Shown here in pieces: positions 55,685 through 64,000 of a stretch of 64,000 bases of DNA (within the stretch, counting starts at the first letter, position 1; each line of letters begins with the position of its first letter). The translations under genes were made by a program, and so were the position numbers. Source of the stretch: the human T2T-CHM13v2.0 reference genome, Homo sapiens. The stretch is from the NCBI RefSeq assembly GCF_009914755.1, contig NC_060932.1, one strand, 5' to 3'. The notes beneath the pieces were generated by a model. The model was not told the DNA's origin. It worked only from the letters and a program-made list of their open reading frames with translations, and ran no database searches.

Positions 55685-56115
55685 TGGTTAGGGTATTTGG
55701 TTGTAAGCAATAGGAACTAATTTGATAGACACAATGTGAGGTGGCCTATAGAGAAGCAATCATTGAAGAACTGGGCTTTGAGAGGGGTGGGAACTAGGGA
55801 AGTCCAGGAGAACCAGGTAATGGGAGTATGAATTAAGAATCTCAGAGGTACAACCCTTTCTGGGTCAAATCAGCTCCAGTCACTTTCTATTTTTTAGTTT
55901 TCCTGTTTCTGCAAAATATCACACAAAGTTCAAAATCTTGGTGGAGGGTCTCTAGACTCATTGAAGACCCGTGTTCAGTGGGCTGGAGCAATGAATGACA
56001 GTCCTACAAAGACTGCACACAATGAATGAGAGATAATCCCTTCATATGAAACCTAAGTACTGTCACCAGAGAAATATGGAATAGATGCTAAGCAGACCCA
56101 TACAATAAATGTCCA
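55685..56115 (-). mobile_element. Old MLT1 LTR
   Basis: TTAGGGTATTTGGTTGTAAGCAATAGGAAC terminus motif. Confidence 0.5.
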
Positions 56116-56126
56116 CTGGTCTACAT

Positions 56127-56365
56127 CTGTGCTATCCAATACAGCAGCCACTAGCTAAATACAGCTATTAAAAGTAAGTCATATGAAAGAAAATGTAAAC
56201 TCAGTTCCTCAAAAGTAAGTCATATGAAAGAAAATGTAAATTCAGTTCCTCAACTGTATCAGTCACATTTCAATTGCTCATTAGCAACATGTGGTTAATA
56301 GATTCTAAGTTAGCACATATATAGAACATTTCTATTGCCATAGAAAGTTCTTTTGGACTGCACTG
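56127..56365. mobile_element. MER3-like hAT MITE
   Basis: TIR-like ends CTGTGCTATCCAATA and TTTTGGACTGCACTG. Internal GCAGCCACTAGC and TAGAACATTTC. Confidence 0.8.
56170..56251. repeat. 41-bp tandem duplication, one mismatch
   Basis: AAAAGTAAGTCATATGAAAGAAAATGTAAA(C/T)TCAGTTCCTC twice. Confidence 0.96.
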
Positions 56366-56399
56366 GTATATGTAGTAATATATCTATCTGTACACATAT

Positions 56400-56640
56400 T
56401 CCAAGCACTTTATACCACTTTTTATAAAATAAGCCCTCACTTTCATTACATTATTTAACTCGTATTTCTGCCTTGTGTTATAGATAGAAAGTATATTATT
56501 ATTTCTACTTTATAGCTGAAGAAACTGAGTCCAAAATGGGTAGAGCAACTGGCACTAAAGATCACCTAGCCAGTCCGAGATCACACAGTCAGTATTAGGA
56601 CTGGGGCCTTGTGCCTTCCAGTGCAGGGTCCCTTACACCA
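56400..56640 (-). mobile_element. MIR
   Basis: TTTTATAGCTGAAGAAACTGAG core. Confidence 0.7.
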
Positions 56641-57125
56641 GTCATGACATAGATGCCCAGATCATGCATGACTTGATGTAAAAACAACAATTTTTGTTGT
56701 CCCAGTTTGAGTCCTTATAAATTTCCCCTGTCAAAGAAATAAACATGCAACTCTCAGAAATTATCTTTTATGGAGCTTTTAAAGGCCACTTTGCCAAGGG
56801 GAGCTATATACCCATGACATAAACATGAAGATGGATTGACAGAAAATACTCTTTCACAGGCTGGAGGAAATATTGGGGGAAAGAAATTTTCTCAGACTGC
56901 CCTTCCAACGTGGCATGGATCATGGAGGTCAGCTTTTCTAGCTTGTGCCCAGAGGTCTGTCTACCTCAGCTGTGTCTTGTGATTGATAGGAGGATACAGT
57001 CTCCCAGGGTGTGATTTAAGGTGGAGCTTATAGGTCTACAAAGCTCAAGCTCTAATCAAGCTACTATGGCATGATAGTACAATTATAAAGAAAGTAGACT
57101 AGTTTCTATAAGCTGTGTATAAAAC

Positions 57126-57260
57126 CAGGCCCACCCTAACATTTGCAGGGCCTAGGCCAAGAGTGTATGTAGAGTCTCATATACCGTATGTCTAAATATT
57201 TCAAAGTTATAAACCAAGAAGGGCCTGTGGCCCAAACTGTGTTCCCACCCTAAGCCTGGT
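57126..57260. mobile_element. hAT-Tip100-type fragment
   Basis: CAGGGCCTAGGCCAAGAGT...CATATACCGTATGTCTAAATATTTCAAAGTTATAAA. Confidence 0.45.
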
Positions 57261-57945
57261 AGAGGCTTCTCACAGGTGTCCTTGGAGTCCCTCCAGGACC
57301 AGCCCTGCTGCTTGCCAGTCTGCATGGTCACCTGGATGTGCTGAGTCAAAGGCAGGTGGAGCTGGGTGAAAGTCTGTGGTTTTCAGTGAGGACTGGAGAT
57401 TCTCAAATCTGGGATTGGGAACTGACTCAGTCAAGCGCCTCAAGGAGCTAGGGTGCTCCTTGAGCAGGTTCCTCTCCTCCTTATTTCAATTTGCTAATTA
57501 AGAACTTCTAGACAGTTCTAAGCCCCTTTCAAACAACACACGTTTTTAGCAAATGAGAAGAAGAAAGCTTGGTCATGTTAGAAATAGTCCTGTCCAGACA
57601 CACACTTCAGAGCAATCTGGAATGGCCATTCCCCAAGCATGGGCTGCAATTCCTTTCTCCCCTGTGTCTCCCTAACGCCCACACCCACTCATCAGCTCTT
57701 AGTTCAGCACACTGGCCTGTGGGTCCGAGTTTGGTGTGTGCCGCATCCCTCTCCTATAAACTCTTTTTGCTCAATAAATTACTGAATCTTCAAAAGAAAA
57801 ATTTTTAAATAAGACCAAAACCACAAAACAAAGCAAACAACAGTGACCTGGTATTTTGGCATTCATTTTGTGTGGGGCCCTCTAAAGCAGAGGGTCCTGG
57901 AGGAGTCTCTTCAGTCCAATGGCTGAATTACTCCAAGACTCTTTC

Positions 57946-58141
<196 letters not shown>

Positions 58142-58657
58142 TTACTTTATAACCATATGGCAGGACATCTCAGTTCATCTATGACCTGTGGTTTTAAAGT
58201 AAATTCTGTTTAAAGTTATCTTTAAAATAGCTTTATTTTTGTTAAAATAGAGCCATATCTTCATCTGCGGGAAATCATATTGACTCCATGATAAGCTATA
58301 TTCTGGAAAATAGTCAGTGTGCTGACGATTGCTACCTGTGAGTAGCTCACCCAACCCATAGGCAAAGTAGCAAAGAGAGAGGCATGGCAACCCCCAACGT
58401 GAGAGGCTTGTAGACAACCCACAGTTCTAGCAGATGTCAGTGCAACGGGGCAAATTTCATCCCCCTCAGAGCATGGCTCTGGGCACCACTGGACACATCT
58501 GTTTCAGGATAATTTGAAGTCCAGTTGTTCAGACAGAGTTGATCTTAAGACCATGGTGGCTACTGCTGAATTTTTTCAGATAAAGTTAGTAAAATCCGAA
58601 GTTCACCCAGGTGGTTGATGGCAATATGAACTCTATATAATACTGTCTGATGCCAAG

Positions 58658-58998
58658 TATCTTAGTCAACTCAGGCTGCCATAACAGAATACCACAGACC
58701 AGGTGGTTTAAACAGCAGATATTTACCTTTCACAGCTCTGGAAACTGGGAAGTCTGGGATTAAGCTGCCAGCATGGTCAGGTTCTGGTGAGGGGTCACCT
58801 CTTGGCTTGCAGGTGTCCACCTTCTTGCCGTGTGCTGTGTGTGGTGGAGAGATCTCTCCTTACGAGGGCCCTGATTCCATCATGAGCCCATCTAACCATG
58901 ATTACCTCCCAGAAGCCCCACCTCCAAATACCATCCCATTGGGGGTTAGGGTTTCAACATATGAATTTTGAGAGGACACAGACATTCAGTCCATAACA
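58658..58998 (-). mobile_element. MLT1A-like solo LTR
   Basis: TCTTAGTCAACTCAGGCTGCCATAACAGAATACCACAGAC...ACATTCAGTCCATAACA. TSD CCAAG/CCAAA. Confidence 0.88.
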
Positions 58999-61456
58999 CC
59001 AAATCTGTATTCATCCTAGTTCAGCACAGAGCAGAACCTATGTTTACCCAATATCCTTTGAATACTAGTTCTGACCATAGCCTTTGTAATTTAAAAGCTC
59101 TACAGTCATTTTTTTTGAATTATAAATGCAATACACACTTTTACTAGAAAATAGGAAAAAATTAAATAAAACTTATCCATAATTCCACCAATTTGAGACT
59201 AACAGTTGGTTTCTTTTCTTCCAAACACATATGTGTATATAAATATACGCATATATACTTCCATAAACAACATATTTTTAAAATGAAATTAGATTCATAC
59301 TGTTGAGGTTTTTTTTTTTTTTTTTAATCTTACTTCTTTCAACATGCTTTAAATAGTAAGCTTTTCCCTTGTCCTAAAAAAATTTTTACTTCTTCACTTT
59401 TTAATGTTTTGGCTGTCTGGACCATAAATTATCTGCATTTATATCTTATATTATTTAGAAAATATATATCTGCTTTTAATCCCCTCGTTTTTAACTTTTA
59501 ATTTTTCAAATGGATTTTAAAAGCTGTGTTTTTGCTAAGTATCAACTCAAGAAGGAAATGTTCTCTTTTGAGTTCTACCTTTGCTAGATGAAGAATGTGG
59601 CCCACCTCTCCTCTCACTACCCCTTCATGTCAAAGCCTTGGATTTGTGGGGCTTTGGATGTTGTGCTTATTTTTTGAAATAAAAATAAATGAACAATTTC
59701 CTATGTATAGAAAATTATTATGCATATAAACCATGCATTTTTATCACAAAGGATTTTAGTTGGCAGTTTTCTGCAATATACTAGTTATTTTCACAAGGTG
59801 GAAATCCAGAGGATCGATTGACTTGAATCCTGAATCCCTACATCCTCTATCAGCACCCAGTGTTCTTGCAGGTTTTCAAAGAAACTCTCCCTGCTATTAG
59901 GCTAAGGCTTTAGATTCAAATACTCATAGAGAATCTTAGCCCTAGGCTAAAAATAGGGCCCACCTTTAGCATGGGCCGTATTTTGTTCCTTCTTCCATGG
60001 ATATGTCTGGAGCAGTCTTCTTTAGTTCTGATTCCTGGCCAACATCATAGAAAGATGAATCCTTTAGGAAGTGCACCAAAGAAGGAGCACTTTTGCATAA
60101 TGACTAGAGCTCCTCATCTCTGCCAACCACCCCAAGTCTCTCTCTCTTTTTAATTTTTATTTTTTTGCTGGGCCCAACCCTTGTTTCTGTTTGAGCAAAA
60201 TGCATAAACTTAGAACAGACATTCTTAAGCCTTGTGCTGTGTTACACTGTTGTACTACGAGCATTTGACTTATTTTTGCTGGAACCATGAATATGTCTTG
60301 AAAGGCTGCTGTCTGCTGGATGAAACACTGAGCTAAGCAGGTCATACAACAGGCTGTAGAGTAGGAGCTCCAACTTGGAACTAAGGGGCATAAAGTGTGG
60401 TACCCTGCCCACTGGTGTCAAAGAAAAATTAAGCATTCAAAGGAACATGTGAGGGCTTTGCTTTCTGACAGTGTGGTTCTGGCTATACTGAGGGTTATCT
60501 TTTAAAACTAGCATGGTATAGAAGAGTGACCTCATGGACAGTGCAGTAACTAGATGCTTCCAAAGGGTGTGAGATGCTGCTTTTCTCTAGTAGTATTTGT
60601 GTTATAATTATTCCTGGCTTGTTTGCCTTTAGTATTTTTTTGACTGCCAAAAATTATAGCATTCAAAAAATGTGCCACAAAAACAACAAAGTTGACAACT
60701 ACTGATCTGGAACCTTTCTAAATGTGACCAGTCAGAGACCATAGCCAATATTTTCTATTGTCTATAGAATGGGATGGGCAGAGAAAACAGCTAACAAAAA
60801 AGGAAAAAACAACCCAAAATATTTCATGGTTTCAGCTTTATTAGCCTAACAGTCAAGTTGTTTTGGTTCCACGACTTTTAAATTAAGCGAAGGAGAACTC
60901 TCCCATCAATAGGTTCATTGTGATGCCAAACTTTACATATTTTGGAAAAACATTCATTTACCCGCCAGGCAAGCTGCCTCCTCTCTTAGAGTTCGTGGTA
61001 GGGAACTATAAGCATAAAGACCTTTCTGAGGAGGTTTTCCTTATTTTATTGACTGCCTCATATATTTACAACTTCCCAATTTATTTTTTCAGACTGCTAA
61101 CTCCTGTGTTCCTAGATTCCCATTTTTCAATTGATTGTGGGCTTTTTCTAGGGTTACAGATTTAACTTCCATGCAAGTGGTGGGGTGTCCCACATCAGGA
61201 CCTTGTATATTCTAACTCTAAACACTCTTCGTATTTCTGTATGTCTCCAGACCAGCAAACTTACACAGTCTTCTTGTTATTGATATTTGCCTTTTGTGTG
61301 TTCCAAGAGCATATCCCTAAGTGCACAGAAGATGTGATTTTTCTTCTGTCATTGTCTCCAAAACCTCTTCTTTCCTGCATCTGAAGTCCCCAGACCCTGG
61401 ATAAGATTTCTACTTTGTTGCACTGAGGAACAGAACTTTTCCCTTTTTATTTACAG

Positions 61457-61578
61457 AAGGGTCTGGCTCTTATCACCTCTGAATAGCATGCCATTCTCTT
61501 AGCCTCATCTAAGAAACAGACTGTAGGGGAAGAGAAGATCTAGAATGTTGGTCACCAACCAATGGCAGACATTATCAG
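61457..61578 (+). other. Candidate 122-nt spliced exon (non-coding or 5' UTR)
   Basis: Acceptor CTTTTCCCTTTTTATTTACAG|AAG and donor CAG|GTAAGA, in non-repetitive sequence. Stops in all three frames. Confidence 0.55.
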
Positions 61579-62381
61579 GTAAGAAACCTGCCCACCCAAA
61601 CTCTGGACCCTAATATGCAAGTCTAACTAGTTCCATAAAACCAATCCCTGCTAACCCCACAAACAGGTTGCCTATAGCCTTACAAGTGGCCTCCTTGGTT
61701 TTTAGTGGCATAGTGCAGGTGAGCCATATATTATGCTTCTCAATTTATTTCCATTGGTCAGAAAACTGGTAAAAAATTCCTTTTCAATGGTATAGTTTTC
61801 GAATCTCAACAGAGACTTCTTTGGTCTTAGTGATGAGTCTTCATGGTATTTTGGCTTGCACGTAGTAACAATAATCAAGTCATTCACCCAGTGCAAGATT
61901 TTGGTGTCTTTATTTTTAACTATTTGTATTGTGCATTATCACATAGATAACCATTTGTTTTGCTGGTCTCATTGCTCACGTAGAAGTCTGAATATAATTC
62001 TTTCTCAGAGTGTGGGAAATCATGGATTGATATTCTTAGTTTTTGATGTAGTGCTTTTTATTTTTAACCTTCTTAGACAATTTGTGAGCAAGGAAGTCAG
62101 GAACTGTGAGCCACCTGCCATCTTAATTTGACATCTAGTCTCACTACTTTCAAGCACCTCCACTTCAAAATACTCTTACAAGTGAATCACCATTGTTAAA
62201 TGGATCTTTGAAGGAATTTTGACAACCAGACTGAAAACAATCTAGACATCTTAGATATTTGTGGCTTCACAGAAAATAAAATAAAACAACCCTTTTCAGC
62301 ATCAAGTTATATTTTCCATAGCTACAGAATCTGGTAAATAACTATGTTACTCATTCATCTAGGTAGTTTGATACTACCTAC

Positions 62382-63210
62382 TGATACTGGAGTTGGGGAG
62401 GGAAGTGCTGGGAAGGGAAGGGTGTGGTCCCTGGCTAGGGCTCCACCCCTGGGCCTGTGCCCATGAACCTAGGTGAGGACAGGCATTTCTGTTTTTGTGC
62501 CCAAATGTTGCATTTCCCAAGACCAACCTGGCCTACCACACCCCTCTCCTGTGCCTATAAAAACTCCCAATACCCTAGCTAGCAAGCACACAGCAACTGG
62601 ATGTCGAGAGGAACACACCAGCAGAATAAGATACAAGTGGCTGGGCATTGAGGGGAATGCTCTGGCGTAAGAGCACATCAACAGATGCCGGCAGGCCAGC
62701 AGGCTATTGACCAGCAGGACGAGGTGAAGTTTGGCTGGGGCAGTCGAAGGAGAGAGCTCCACTGCTGAGTGGCCGACTCCAGGGGAAAACCACCTTCCCA
62801 CTCCATCTCCCTTCTGGCTCCCCCATCTGCTGAGAGCTACTTCCGCTCGCTAAAATCTTTGCACTCATTCTCCAAGCCCATGTGTGATCTGATTCTGCTG
62901 GTATACCAAGGCAAGAACCCTGGGATACAGAAAGCCCTCTGTCCTTGCGATAAGGCAAAGGGTCTAATTGAGCTGACTAATGCAAGCCGCCTACAGAGAG
63001 CTAAACTGAAAGAGCACACTGTAACACATGCCCACTGGGGCTTCAGGAGCTGTAAACATTCACCCCTAGACACTGCTGTGGGGTTGGAGCCCCACAGCCT
63101 GCCCGTCTGCATGCTCCCCCTTGAGGTTTGAGCAGCGGGGCACCAGAGAAGTGAGCCACTCTCCCTGTGGCACACCCTGTGAGGGGCACAAGGGAACTTT
63201 TCCCATTTTA
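62382..63210 (+). mobile_element. ERV1 solo LTR, LTR1 family
   Basis: TGATAC...GGGAAGTGCTGGGAAGGGAAGGGTGTGGTCCCTGGCTAGGGCTCCACCCC. TATAAAA at ~62556. 4-bp TSD CTAC (62378-62381, 63211-63214). Confidence 0.88.
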
Positions 63211-63260
63211 CTACCAAGGCCAGTGACATGAATGATCAAATACCAACCAGCTACATTTTA

Positions 63261-63673
63261 TTTAATTTTTAATTTTTTTAGTTGTCAGAAGATTTTATTA
63301 ACTGTAAGCCAGGGAATGGACTGATCGATTTTATTATGCAAATCAATGAAAAAAAAAACTCTTTTAGAAGGACACACACACACGTGCTCACAGGGAAGCT
63401 GGTTGTTGGTTGAGAGTCAGGTCAGAACCTTGGAGAGCTCAAGATAAAGGGGGGCAGAACCACAATCAGAAGCTTCCATGGCTGCCCCCCACATGGATGA
63501 GTTTTATTTAATTATTTTTTTCCTTCAACTTTTATTATAAGCTCAGGGGTACATATGCAGGATGTGCAGGTTTGTGACATAGGTAAACCTGTGCCATGGC
63601 GGTTTGCTGTACAGATCTTCCTGTCACCTAGGTATTAAACCCAGCACCCATTAACTATTCTTCCTGATGCTCT
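63261..63673 (-). mobile_element. 5'-truncated L1PA 3' end (63502-63673) carrying a 3' transduction (63281-63501) and a second poly(A) tail
   Basis: Perfect 17-bp TSD CAACCAGCTACATTTTA (63244-63260, 63674-63690) encloses both the L1 piece and the non-L1 piece. Confidence 0.9.
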
Positions 63674-64000
63674 CAACCAGCTACATTTTAAACCCTATTT
63701 TCTCTAAAGATACATCAACAGATTAGCTTATTCTTCAGTCCTGGATCTAACATAATTTGTACAGTAAAGTGAAGATAAAGTTTATTCAGATTATTTGTAC
63801 AAGTACTTTCTCATCAAAGTGCAGCAGTCTACTTTCTGTTTCCCATGGGTGATAGGAGATAGGGTTAATGAAACAGCAGTAATTTAGAGACCAGTTTTAG
63901 CTGCATATTGCAATCTTTCTTTAGAACTATCCTAAAAGCTGTCTGTTGCTTTGAAATGAATCTTACTTCCATTTCCTCCTTTTCTTTTGGACCTGCTCAG

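Noticed and set aside
62360-62380. 8-bp hairpin TAGGTAGT-TTGAT-ACTACCTA next to the LTR1 insertion site
   Set aside because: A stem this short is expected by chance in 64 kb.

Overview
This is primate, almost certainly human, nuclear DNA: AT-rich, CpG-depleted, and more than half interspersed repeat by eye (Alu, L1PA/L1PB/L1MA/L1M, L2, MIR, MaLR/ERV1/ERVL LTRs, hAT DNA transposons). I find no protein-coding gene. The longer ORFs are decayed L1 ORF2 pieces, Alu or LTR read-throughs, or low-complexity sequence. It reads as an intergenic or lncRNA-intronic region, with one well-formed 122-nt + strand exon candidate (61457-61578) and an acceptor-like motif at the last base. I cannot support a new biological system here. 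The most informative signals are records of retrotransposition and repair: an L1 3' transduction inside a perfect 17-bp TSD (63244-63690); a ~125-bp direct duplication bracketing an old L1MA (candidate giant TSD); a probable ~140-bp 5' transduction on a near-full-length L1PA; an inverted piece of an L1's own upstream region inserted in its ORF2; several young 27-76 bp tandem duplications; a 23-bp near-perfect hairpin; a decayed ERVL gag-pro-pol with its LTR; and four ERV1 solo LTRs within 3.6 kb. Subfamily names come from memory of consensus sequences, and boundaries without a TSD are approximate.
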